From Calditrichia bacterium (GTDB lineage Bacteria; Calditrichota; Calditrichia; RBG-13-44-9; J075): a stretch of 22,946 nucleotides of DNA. This document shows, in pieces, positions 1-8,617 of this stretch (its first letter is position 1; every line of letters begins with the position of its first letter). The notes under the pieces are model-generated. The model saw only the letters and a list, made by a program, of their open reading frames with translations. It searched no databases and was not told where the DNA came from. Both the position numbers and the translations under genes were made by a program. The stretch is from contig JBOEGD010000002.1 in NCBI GenBank assembly GCA_050633245.1, positions 1 through 22,946 on the forward strand, given 5' to 3'.

Positions 1-19
1 GTTCTGTGTTCTGTGTTCT
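1..19. repeat. Heptamer tandem repeat (GTTCTGT)x2.7, possibly truncated by the window edge
   Basis: gttctgt gttctgt gttct directly abuts the stop codon of 20..727. Confidence 0.7.
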
Positions 20-727
20 CTATATTGCTTTGTCCAGTAAAAACTCATAGTGAGGCTTACATTCGGCAAGCAAGAGCCTCAGCTCTTCAGGAAAAGGATC
101 GGTCTTTTCAGTATATTCCTGAAACCCTGTAGATTTGTGGACATTGTGATACCAATGCGGTGCCCAAACGCCATCTTCCTCGAGTGCACCAGCTTGCCAC
201 TGCAGCATTGCCGGATCGAACCTAAGGCCAATATGTTGACAAAGTTTTTTAAGAACGCCTTCAGGGTTCAGCAATGTGGCCTTTGCATCCAACACCGCCG
301 GCATCTGCCCCAAATTCTGTAGCTCTCGAAAGAGGTCCGCCTGAATTGCCAAACCGGTATCGCGTAGGTTGGGAGTTGGAATTTGGTTGATCAGAGATGG
401 AAGCATCTGCTCCGGGTCACGTACTAAAAGCACGTTCACGGTATCAGCAAGAAAGCTGCGATCGACATCTACAAGATGATGAGCCATATGCTTTATAAAA
501 AACACCGGGCGTTCAGCGTAAGACATCAAATCCGCGAGCACAGCATTTCCATCCGTATTTTGCGCATCCAAAACCTCCTGATAGCCCGGATGCTTCATAC
601 CAGATACCCGCAAATAATGGCCATAGAGCGGCTCATCCGCCACCTTGGTATCTGAACGCTGGGCAAACGAATACATCAACGCAGTGGAGACATTTCGTGG
701 GCCTGACCATAAACAAATTCGCTTCAT
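20..727 (-). CDS. Sulfotransferase-like P-loop protein (Sulfotransfer_5-like, often associated with class IV aminotransferases)
   Basis: N-terminal LWSGPRNVSTALMYSFAQR, DEPLYGHYL, KHMAHH and DGVWAPHWY motifs; GAGG upstream of the ATG. Confidence 0.8.
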   Translation of the reverse strand: MKRICLWSGPRNVSTALMYSFAQRSDTKVADEPLYGHYLRVSGMKHPGYQEVLDAQNTDGNAVLADLMSYAERPVFFIKHMAHHLVDVDRSFLADTVNVLLVRDPEQMLPSLINQIPTPNLRDTGLAIQADLFRELQNLGQMPAVLDAKATLLNPEGVLKKLCQHIGLRFDPAMLQWQAGALEEDGVWAPHWYHNVHKSTGFQEYTEKTDPFPEELRLLLAECKPHYEFLLDKAI

Positions 728-828
728 CCTGTGCCTCGTTTAATTGAACTTCCTGCGAAGATAGGATTCTAAACCGAAAGATCAAAGAGGCATGGTGAAA
801 AGTTCTCAAACTTATGCAGGAAAAGCGC

Positions 829-859
829 TTGCATTCATGGACAGCAACCTATATATATT
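829..859 (+). promoter_or_regulatory. Possible sigma70-type promoter of the radical SAM gene
   Basis: TTGCAT at 829-834, then 17 nt to TATATA at 852-857 (TATATT at 854-859), about 35 nt upstream of ATG 892. Confidence 0.35.
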
Positions 860-891
860 GACTCCTGTATCGAAAATACAATGGAAACACA

Positions 892-2355
892 ATGCAACAA
901 AGCAGCAAGAAGAAGCCTACAGTTCTCTGCATTAATCCTTGGATCTACGACTTCACAGCGTATGATCTCTGGAGCAAGCCACTTGGACTGCTTTACGTTG
1001 CATCTTATCTTCGTGAACGAGGTGTCGACGTAGATTTAATAGACTGTCTCGATCGCTTTCATCCTGCACTGCTTAAGTTTCAGGGCAAAGAAAAAGCCAA
1101 AGAGCGTCGCTACGGAATCGGTCCATTTCACGACGAACAGGTAGATACACCTAAATCCATTAACTTTATTCCTCGCAAGTTTTCACGCTATGGGTTACCG
1201 GAAGAAGTTTTTCGCAATGAACTAAAGAATCGATCGAAGCCGGATGCCATTCTACTTACCTCGGCAATGACCTATTGGTATCCCGGACCTGTTCTTGCCG
1301 CAGAAATTTGCCGTGAGGTCTATCCGGATGTGCCTTTACTCTTCGGCGGCATTTATGCTTCCCTGATGCCCGATCATGCAAAGCAGGTGATCAAACCAGA
1401 TTATCTGGTAACCGGTCCGGGTGAGATCGCTGCTGCAGATATATTATCTGATGTTCTGAAATTACCGCACTTGCGTGAAGAACACCCTACAAACATAGAC
1501 GACTTCCCCTACCCTGCTTTCGACCTCTACCCACATTTGGGCTACCTGGTTGCGATGAGCTCACGTGGCTGCCCATTTCGCTGTACCTTTTGCGCAACCT
1601 ACAAAATAGACGCGGCCTTTTCGCAACGTGATCCCGATGCTGTGGCTGAAGAGCTAATTGGTCAGTCGGAGAGGTTCAAAGTTCAGGATATTGCCTTCTA
1701 TGATGATGCATTACTGCTTCAACCCAAGCTGCGTATTAAACCATTGCTTTATAAGCTGAAGGAAAGCAAACGTTCCCTGCGCTTTCATACGCCAAATGGA
1801 CTGCACGCTCGCTTTGTGGATGAAGAGCTGGCGCAGCTGTTTTATGATTGTGGATTTAAGACAGTTCGCCTCAGCCTTGAATCGGTTGCCAAAGAGCGAA
1901 TGCGGGACATTCACAATAAGATTACACCGGGTGAGATGACTCGCGCGGTAAAAAATCTGGTGAAGGCAGGATATAAACCCAGCGACATCGAGACCTATAT
2001 TATTATGGCTCTTCCCGGACAGCTGGATGAAGAAGTCATCGAAACTATTTTATACGCAAACAGTCTTGGTATTCGCATCCGGCTTGCGTCCTTCTCCCCT
2101 ATTCCCGGCACGGTAGATTTCGACCGCTCTATTGAGCGTGGCCTGTTGCCGGAGAACCCTGATCCGCTGCTTACCAACAAAACGGTGATTCCTATTTATC
2201 GCACGCGTGAGGCCTATGAGCGCTTTCATGCAATTAGCCAATTGACACATATGTTAAATGAAGGAGCCGGACGAGGCATAACGTTTTTTAATCCCTCATC
2301 TCTGCAGGACTCGTTATTTAAGGCATTAGATCGCGTAAAGGCGTGGGAAAACTAA
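892..2355 (+). CDS. Cobalamin-binding-domain radical SAM protein
   Basis: SRGCPFRCTFC (CxxxCxxC); N-terminal KPLGLLYVASYL and LFGGIYASL B12-binding-domain signatures; FYDD and TPNGL core motifs. Confidence 0.9.
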   Translation: MQQSSKKKPTVLCINPWIYDFTAYDLWSKPLGLLYVASYLRERGVDVDLIDCLDRFHPALLKFQGKEKAKERRYGIGPFHDEQVDTPKSINFIPRKFSRYGLPEEVFRNELKNRSKPDAILLTSAMTYWYPGPVLAAEICREVYPDVPLLFGGIYASLMPDHAKQVIKPDYLVTGPGEIAAADILSDVLKLPHLREEHPTNIDDFPYPAFDLYPHLGYLVAMSSRGCPFRCTFCATYKIDAAFSQRDPDAVAEELIGQSERFKVQDIAFYDDALLLQPKLRIKPLLYKLKESKRSLRFHTPNGLHARFVDEELAQLFYDCGFKTVRLSLESVAKERMRDIHNKITPGEMTRAVKNLVKAGYKPSDIETYIIMALPGQLDEEVIETILYANSLGIRIRLASFSPIPGTVDFDRSIERGLLPENPDPLLTNKTVIPIYRTREAYERFHAISQLTHMLNEGAGRGITFFNPSSLQDSLFKALDRVKAWEN

Positions 2356-2366
2356 GGGCTGAATAA

Positions 2367-2534
2367 GTGGATAGATCGTTCCTCGTTCCTTGGAACTGGT
2401 AGCGGGTAGGCCGCAACTTCACAGCTTGAAGTTCGCTTCAGCCTTCGGCTTTGCTTGTAGGGGGTTGGTCGTCCCGATTCTCTGGACTGGTAGGAGGTCG
2501 TAACTACTAGCGACTGCAATGAGCGATCTACCAC
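2367..2534 (+). repeat. REP/BIME-like multi-hairpin element, copy 1
   Basis: Terminal IR gtggatagatcgttc (2367-2381) / gagcgatctaccac (2521-2534); internal hairpins gttcc-tt-ggaac, aacttca-cagct-tgaagtt, agcc-ttc-ggct, gtcc..ggac, gtcg..cgac; several GGTAG motifs; homologous to the reverse complement of 3391-3468. Confidence 0.65.
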
Positions 2535-2556
2535 CGATATACTTCAAAGGTCGGAA

Positions 2557-3357
2557 ATGCGAAAAATGATATATTTACTTATAGCCATTCTATTAGTTGT
2601 TATTGTTGATCGAAGTTTACCTTCGCTATTACAAAAGTTACTATATCCTGCACCTGCGGTCGCCGTTACTACACCACTTGAAAACTTGGTCGAAAAAGTT
2701 CTCGCAACAAGTAACGACAATACGATTTCAGGTTGGCTTCAGCCCCCGGCAAATGACACCACAGCGATGCTGCTGGTTCTTCATGGCAATGGAGAAAACC
2801 TGGAAACCATGAAGATGGGTGGTATCTTAAGCAGTCTCTCCCGTTTGAATATTGGATACTTCGCTATTGATTATCCCGGCTATGGTAATAGCAGCGGCAC
2901 GTCTTCTGAAGAAAACTGTGTTGAGGCGGCAATTACAGCGTATAGCTGGATTCGAAAAGAATATCCAACAAATCCACTCATTGTTATGGGCTGGTCCCTG
3001 GGAGCTGGTGTGACATTTCAGACGGTGCGTCAAAAAAATGATGTTGCCGGAATTATTGCAATTAGTCCTTGGACGCGGCTGGCCGATGTGGCAAAAGAAC
3101 ATTATCCAGAATGGGTAGTCAATCGTTGGTTAAAAGAATCCTACGATTCAGTGAATAGCATCAACGCCATTGATTGTAATCTATTGCTGATTCATGGTGA
3201 GAACGACGGTATTATCCCCTTTGAACATGGTAGGCAATTGTCTCAGACAGGTGGTGACAGGGTAACGTGGCTTCCACTGCGACATACCGGCCACAACAAT
3301 GTATTTTCTCAAGTTGAAACCTGGGATGCAATCCGCAAGTTTCTTGCAAAACTTTGA
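2557..3357 (+). CDS. Alpha/beta hydrolase (ABHD13/ABHD17-like) with N-terminal membrane anchor
   Basis: LHGNGEN, DYPGYGNS, nucleophile GWSLG, HGENDGII (Asp), GHNN (His); hydrophobic N-terminus. Confidence 0.9.
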   Translation: MRKMIYLLIAILLVVIVDRSLPSLLQKLLYPAPAVAVTTPLENLVEKVLATSNDNTISGWLQPPANDTTAMLLVLHGNGENLETMKMGGILSSLSRLNIGYFAIDYPGYGNSSGTSSEENCVEAAITAYSWIRKEYPTNPLIVMGWSLGAGVTFQTVRQKNDVAGIIAISPWTRLADVAKEHYPEWVVNRWLKESYDSVNSINAIDCNLLLIHGENDGIIPFEHGRQLSQTGGDRVTWLPLRHTGHNNVFSQVETWDAIRKFLAKL

Positions 3358-3375
3358 TTTCTGATTATCACTTAA

Positions 3376-3468
3376 CTCCGCTGCAGGAGGGCAACCTACC
3401 TCCTACCAGTCCCGAAGGGACGACCTACCCCCTTAAAAGCGTAGGCCGGAGGCCAAGCGACCTACCCA
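3376..3468 (-). repeat. REP/BIME-like multi-hairpin element, copy 2 (inverted relative to copy 1)
   Basis: Three hairpin + RACCTACC units: ctcc..ggag (3376-3389), gtccc-gaa-gggac (3409-3421), ggcc-gga-ggcc (3444-3454); on the minus strand these read GGTAGGTYG followed by a palindrome. Confidence 0.7.
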
Positions 3469-4716
3469 CTACGACCTCATTATCAACCAGTTGGCTATCC
3501 ATGAGTAGGCAATTAATCCGAGAAACATGAACCCCAGCAAACCATTTCCCGCCTCAGAGCCCATAATTCTCAATGCCGATCCGGTAATAGTTAGCAAACC
3601 CAAAACAATAGCATAACCTGCGAGAAAAACCCGAGACTTTCCCGGACGCGCGCGATAGATCCCGGATAGCGGGACAATCATGGCAGCCGAGAAGCCCGCA
3701 CCGATATAACAGCCGACATTGCCGGTTATTACACCGGCAATCAATAAACAGACTCCCGAAAACAAGGCAAGACCAACAAGGTTCGAAGCCTTCAACTGTT
3801 CTTCCGATAAAGCCAGACGCCCGAATTTGTTCAACCGCAACAGTAAATCGAAAACCGGATCGGCAATCCAGGTAAGCAAGACAAACGCGATGTATAATCC
3901 AAAAATTGTGTTTCCAAATGGAGCAAACCCAGGATACGTTTCGCTTAAGTATTCAATCACTTGAATACCAAACACTGCACCAAGTATGACCATCCACTGA
4001 ATTTTGGATTTCAAACGAGACATCCAAAAGAAATAGCGCAGCATCACGCGGTAGATTGGGTTCTTTGCTTTTAGTGCTTCAACAATACCTTCACGAGCCC
4101 AGTCAAGGTTGGGGTCGAGACGTAGCGCTTCCTGAAAATGCTCCATCGCCGCTTTATGATCTCCGCCCTCCAAAAGTGTCCAACCCTGATTGGCATGCGT
4201 TACCGCATTTTCAGGGTCGCGTGCCAGAGCATTGTCAATCGTCTGACCTGCTTCTGAACGGCGACCGAGCTTTACGAGTGCCATTGCACGAATATTGGAG
4301 GCTTCTACATTTTCGGCATCCATTGACAAAGCTTTTTCAGCCAGTTCTACTGCGTCTTTCCAGTCTTTTTGTTGCAGATAAATACTCGCACGCAACGCAA
4401 AGTATTCAGCTTCAAAAGGGTTTAACCCTATCGCTTGCTGGATGGCCTCATCAGCTTGTTTCAGCTGTTCATGGTCGTGGTGGATTGCTGCCAATACGTA
4501 ATAGGAATAGGAATTATCGGGATCGAGCACGATTCCCTTTTCCGCTTCGTGCAGAGCCGCTCTTATCTTTTTCTGTGCGGAAAGAACAATTCCGAGCAGC
4601 GAATGGGCCACTGCGCTGTCCGGCTGTTCTGCGAGGCCTAATCGTAGTTGTTCTTCCGCTAACTCATATCGAGATTGTTGAATGAGCAGCTGAGCGCGCT
4701 CAATGTGTGCTGTCAT
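3469..4716 (-). CDS. TPR repeat protein with a C-terminal multi-pass membrane domain
   Basis: About 6 TPR motifs (e.g. AMEHFQEALRLDPN) followed by about 6 hydrophobic segments. Confidence 0.85.
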   Translation of the reverse strand: MTAHIERAQLLIQQSRYELAEEQLRLGLAEQPDSAVAHSLLGIVLSAQKKIRAALHEAEKGIVLDPDNSYSYYVLAAIHHDHEQLKQADEAIQQAIGLNPFEAEYFALRASIYLQQKDWKDAVELAEKALSMDAENVEASNIRAMALVKLGRRSEAGQTIDNALARDPENAVTHANQGWTLLEGGDHKAAMEHFQEALRLDPNLDWAREGIVEALKAKNPIYRVMLRYFFWMSRLKSKIQWMVILGAVFGIQVIEYLSETYPGFAPFGNTIFGLYIAFVLLTWIADPVFDLLLRLNKFGRLALSEEQLKASNLVGLALFSGVCLLIAGVITGNVGCYIGAGFSAAMIVPLSGIYRARPGKSRVFLAGYAIVLGLLTITGSALRIMGSEAGNGLLGFMFLGLIAYSWIANWLIMRS

Positions 4717-4757
4717 AGGAAACCATTTAAATTAAACTATTGAGGATCAATAAAGTA

Positions 4758-6131
4758 TTAGATTTTCAGGTAGGCCAATATATCGTTATAAATTCCACCC
4801 TGATTCGAATACAGAGCATAATTTTTAGCGGTGGAAAACCATTCCTTGGTGGTTGGTTTTAATTGCTTACAGGCGTTTAAAAGGTCCTTTGTTGAAAGGG
4901 GTTTGGGCGTACCGGATTTCATCGCTTCGTGAAGAACGGCCTCAATTGCCATATCGACAACAGCCTTTAGGTCGGCACCGGAAAAGCCTTCGGTTTTACG
5001 CGCTACCTTTTCAAGATCTACCTTTTCCTGAGGTTTTTTGTGAAGCATAATTTTCAGAACCGCGGCACGCGCAGCTTGATCCGGCGGTGGAACAAATAAA
5101 ATTCTGTCGAAGCGCCCCGGTCTGCGAAAGGCAGAGTCCAGATGCCAGGGGGCATTTGTTGCAGCAAGAATCAATACGCCGTCATTTGAACTTTCTACAC
5201 CATCCATTTCAGAGAGAAATTGATTTATGAGATGACGACCACCGTTTTGACGCATATCGCTACGGCTGGCACCAAGCGCATCAACTTCGTCGAAAAAAAG
5301 CACGCAGGGAGAATTTGCCCGAGCCAGCTGAAAAAGTTCGTGCAAGTTTTGTTCGCTTTGCCCCAAATACATATTTAACACATCATGGATGCCGATTGAC
5401 ATAAAATTCGCGTCCACCTCTCCGGCGGTCGCTCTGGCAAGATAGGTTTTACCGCACCCGGGTGGTCCGTAGAGCAAAATCCCTCCACCAACCTGCTTTC
5501 CATATGCCTGATAGATATCGGAATGTTGCAGCGGATGAATGATCTTCATCCGAATTTCTTCTTTTAATTTTTCCATCCCGCCAACGTCCTCAAAGGAGAT
5601 ATTCGGACGTTCAATATCGGCCTCCGGTTGTGAATCTTCCTCAACACCACCAAGTCGAATTTTAGGTGGTTCTTCTTCTGCCGGCGGTTGCTCCAATGGT
5701 TTCCCGGATTCGGGTTCTGCATCAACTTCTATTCCGAGCTGACTTTCCAGCATCGGATCTGCAAGAGAGGCATCGATGGCCAGAACTTTGAGATAGGCTT
5801 CGCGAGACTTGTCGAGCTCCATTAAATCCTGTAGCAAGCGGGCGGCAATCAGGAGTGCAGTAGCAGGCACATTCTTGGCAACAACCATATCTTCAAGTAT
5901 CACCAATGCTGCAGAGCTCTTCTGCTGACGATAGAATGCCTCTGCCAGACCAATCCGAACCTCATTGTCTTCGGGAGCCTGCAACAAGGCCTGTCGATAT
6001 TCTTTTTCAGAATCTGCAAAGTCGCCGTTTTTTAGCAAAAGGGTTGCGAGATGCTTTCGCAATACCAGATTATCTGCGGTCGCAGCAAGTGCTTCACGCA
6101 GCGCCAGAATGGTCTCGTCGTGTTGGGACAT
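4758..6131 (-). CDS. Classical-clade AAA+ ATPase (Cdc48/Vps4-like single module) with N-terminal TPRs
   Basis: FEDVGGM, Walker A GPPGCGKT, pore loop MYLGQSE, Walker B FFDEVD, SRH AATNAPWHLDSAFRRPGRFD. Start moved from TTG 6161 to ATG 6131, which follows GAGGAGAAGAGG. Confidence 0.9.
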   Translation of the reverse strand: MSQHDETILALREALAATADNLVLRKHLATLLLKNGDFADSEKEYRQALLQAPEDNEVRIGLAEAFYRQQKSSAALVILEDMVVAKNVPATALLIAARLLQDLMELDKSREAYLKVLAIDASLADPMLESQLGIEVDAEPESGKPLEQPPAEEEPPKIRLGGVEEDSQPEADIERPNISFEDVGGMEKLKEEIRMKIIHPLQHSDIYQAYGKQVGGGILLYGPPGCGKTYLARATAGEVDANFMSIGIHDVLNMYLGQSEQNLHELFQLARANSPCVLFFDEVDALGASRSDMRQNGGRHLINQFLSEMDGVESSNDGVLILAATNAPWHLDSAFRRPGRFDRILFVPPPDQAARAAVLKIMLHKKPQEKVDLEKVARKTEGFSGADLKAVVDMAIEAVLHEAMKSGTPKPLSTKDLLNACKQLKPTTKEWFSTAKNYALYSNQGGIYNDILAYLKI

Positions 6132-6158
6132 GAATGGGCCTCTTCTCCTCAGATGAAG

Positions 6159-6190
6159 CAATCTACACTGATCAAGTCAGGTGTAGATTG
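6159..6190 (-). terminator. Intergenic hairpin (terminator, stabiliser or REP-like) downstream of the S9 peptidase
   Basis: Perfect 10-bp IR caatctacac / gtgtagattg with inner tga/tca pairing; only a weak U-tract. Confidence 0.5.
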
Positions 6191-6232
6191 TATGAGATAA
6201 ATATAGGAGCGTTATCCGGCCGGACTCAACAT

Positions 6233-8596
6233 CTATTTTAAGTTTTCTTCAAATAATTTGAATATGCGTCGATATTCATCTGTCCAGCTGCTTGGTTCGA
6301 CAAATCCATGTCCTTCAAGAGGATACAGAGCCACTTCCCAATCCTCTTTCCCCAGCTCTATCAGCCTCTGCGTCAGGCGAACAACATCTTGAAAGTGAAC
6401 GTTGGTATCGATCATTCCATGGCAAATCAGCAGTGCCCCCTCAAGGCCTTCAGCATGATAAATTGGCGAACTGCGCACGTAAGCAAGGCTATCTGTTTGT
6501 GGTTCATTGAGAATATTGCGAGTGTAGGGATGATTGTAATGAGCCCAATCTGCCACCGGTCTTAATGCTGCCCCGCAGGCAAAGACGCCCGGTTTGGTGA
6601 ACATCGCCATAAAGCTGATAAATCCACCATATGAGCCACCGTAGATGCCAATTCGCTGTGGATCGACATCATACTCTTTAACAAGATGTGCCGCACCGTC
6701 GACATGATCCTCCAGATCTTTTCCACCCATGTGGCGATAAATTCCGGTTCGCCACTCTTCACCATACCCTGCACTGCCTCGATAATCTATATCAAGAACA
6801 GTATACCCATTCTCGACCAGCAGATTGTGAAACATGTACTCGCGATAGTATGGTCCCCACCATCGATGTACATTTTGCAAATAACCGGCACCGTGAACAA
6901 AAATTACTGCCGGCCCTTGTATCTCTGGATTTTGGGGTCGATAGATACGAGCCGGAACCTTACTTCCATCTTTGGCTTCAAATGAAATTATTTCCGGAAC
7001 GTGCCAGGAATAGTTTTTATAGCCATCGCGCAGGTCATTGGTAAGCTGCTTCATTTTAGCGCCAGACTTATTGCGCATCGCGAAAAGCTGCCAGGGCTTA
7101 TTGGTAAAGGAATAACGCACAGCGAGCATCTTTTCATCGGGAGAAAGGGTCACGTCGTTATTGCCTTTGAGTGAGGTAACTTGCTTTCGCTTTCCACCAT
7201 TTATCGGCATAGTATAAAAATGCCGCTCACCGGGATGCACTTCACTGGTCATTAAGTACCAACGTTTTTTATCTCGAGAGAGCTGCGCATCGGTCACCTC
7301 AAAATTTCCACTGGTTAGCGCAGTGGTCTTCCCATTCAACACATTGTGCTTGTAAAGGTGCGAGTAACCGCTTTCTTCAGATTGAAACCAGATATGCTGA
7401 TTGTCTGACAACCAACCAATGTTTCCGGGGACAAATACCCAGCCCGAGATTCCCGGTCCGCCCACCCAGGCATCATTGTGCTCGCGGTGCAGTGGCTCGA
7501 GTTTGGCGCTGAGCGGGTTAAAGCGCATAATCCAACGATCCTTATTATCCCACGCACGTACGACAACAACAGCTCGTTTGCCATTATCTGACCAATATGG
7601 GCCGTAGATAATTACGTTCCGCATTTTTTTAACGCTATCAGCTGGCGTTATCCAATGCGGTGCGTCGTCAATTCCCGGGATGTCTGCCGGACTGGCAAAA
7701 TACACCGTATCTGCCACTGTGTCGTAAACGCCAAAACGGTAGGTATCTTGAGGACTGCCAACTTTGGGACGCGCCGGCAGGTTTTCGGTATACCCATTGC
7801 TGCGCACATAGTCCGGAACACTGGTACGCTTTGCGGTGCTATTTTCCTTCACGGTACGAAACGTAACAAAGCGACCATCAGGGCTTAAACTAACATCGTC
7901 AATTGTTTCATCACCAAGAAAGATAGGCTTTGGATGACCGCTCTTTTCGCTCTCGCGACGCTGCTTGGCCAACTCACGTCTTTCTTCTCGCTTCTTCAAC
8001 ACGCCAACGAGACTCTTTTCCTGTCGCTTCAGCCACTCTTCATTATCAGAACCGATGGGCTTCTTCGACGACGGCTTGCTGCCTTCTTTAAAGTCGGTTA
8101 ATTGAGTAATTGCCCCGGTACGTTCATCCCAGCGATACAGATTATCGCTTTTTTGGTACACCACCTTCAGTTGATTTCCGGGCAGGAAAGTCGGAGTTCT
8201 CTCCGATTCATTGGTTTGAGTAATACGACGAATTTTGCCACTCTTAATGGTCAGAATATACAGATCGCCGTCTTTGGAATAGACCTTATGGCTATAAGAG
8301 TCAGTATAAGAACCTTGTCTTGCCGGTAATTTTTGTCGCTCAGCGAAAGTGAGCTTACGCGGTGTTCCGCCTGATGCAGCTACCTCATAAAGAGAATCGG
8401 ATTCGGCACTCTCCGGGTTCCAGTTAAAATAAATAGTTTTGCTGTCCTCAGACCAATAAATATTTGATGGCAGGCTGCCAATAAAATCTACTGGCCGCTG
8501 CATAATCATCGGTATGGTTAGCGGCGAGTCTTTCTGCTCTGGCTGGGCATCCAGCAAAAGGGTCAGGCAAAACAAGGCAAATAGAATACGAATCAT
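6233..8596 (-). CDS. S9 family (dipeptidyl-peptidase IV / prolyl oligopeptidase) secreted peptidase
   Basis: Signal peptide, beta-propeller region, VHGAGY, DYRGSAGYG, nucleophile GGSYGG, HGMIDTNV (Asp), EGHGF (His). Confidence 0.93.
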   Translation of the reverse strand: MIRILFALFCLTLLLDAQPEQKDSPLTIPMIMQRPVDFIGSLPSNIYWSEDSKTIYFNWNPESAESDSLYEVAASGGTPRKLTFAERQKLPARQGSYTDSYSHKVYSKDGDLYILTIKSGKIRRITQTNESERTPTFLPGNQLKVVYQKSDNLYRWDERTGAITQLTDFKEGSKPSSKKPIGSDNEEWLKRQEKSLVGVLKKREERRELAKQRRESEKSGHPKPIFLGDETIDDVSLSPDGRFVTFRTVKENSTAKRTSVPDYVRSNGYTENLPARPKVGSPQDTYRFGVYDTVADTVYFASPADIPGIDDAPHWITPADSVKKMRNVIIYGPYWSDNGKRAVVVVRAWDNKDRWIMRFNPLSAKLEPLHREHNDAWVGGPGISGWVFVPGNIGWLSDNQHIWFQSEESGYSHLYKHNVLNGKTTALTSGNFEVTDAQLSRDKKRWYLMTSEVHPGERHFYTMPINGGKRKQVTSLKGNNDVTLSPDEKMLAVRYSFTNKPWQLFAMRNKSGAKMKQLTNDLRDGYKNYSWHVPEIISFEAKDGSKVPARIYRPQNPEIQGPAVIFVHGAGYLQNVHRWWGPYYREYMFHNLLVENGYTVLDIDYRGSAGYGEEWRTGIYRHMGGKDLEDHVDGAAHLVKEYDVDPQRIGIYGGSYGGFISFMAMFTKPGVFACGAALRPVADWAHYNHPYTRNILNEPQTDSLAYVRSSPIYHAEGLEGALLICHGMIDTNVHFQDVVRLTQRLIELGKEDWEVALYPLEGHGFVEPSSWTDEYRRIFKLFEENLK

Positions 8597-8617
8597 AAGA
8601 TCTTTCCCATCAATGAT

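Noticed and set aside
2352-2534. 60-aa minus-strand ORF
   Set aside because: It coincides with the palindromic repeat element and has no protein-like features
2367-3468. CRISPR array or integron attC interpretation of the repeats
   Set aside because: There are no identical repeats with regular unique spacers and no cas or integrase gene. ACTTAAC at 3370 fits RYYYAAC, but I found no matching complementary GTTRRRY arm
4056-4685. 209-aa plus-strand ORF and the other short ORFs nested in or antisense to called genes
   Set aside because: Shadow frames of well-supported CDS with no recognisable motifs
4758-6131. Calling the ATPase FtsH or the proteasomal ATPase ARC/Mpa
   Set aside because: No TM helices or HExxH protease domain, no coiled-coil/OB N-terminus, and no proteasome genes in the window
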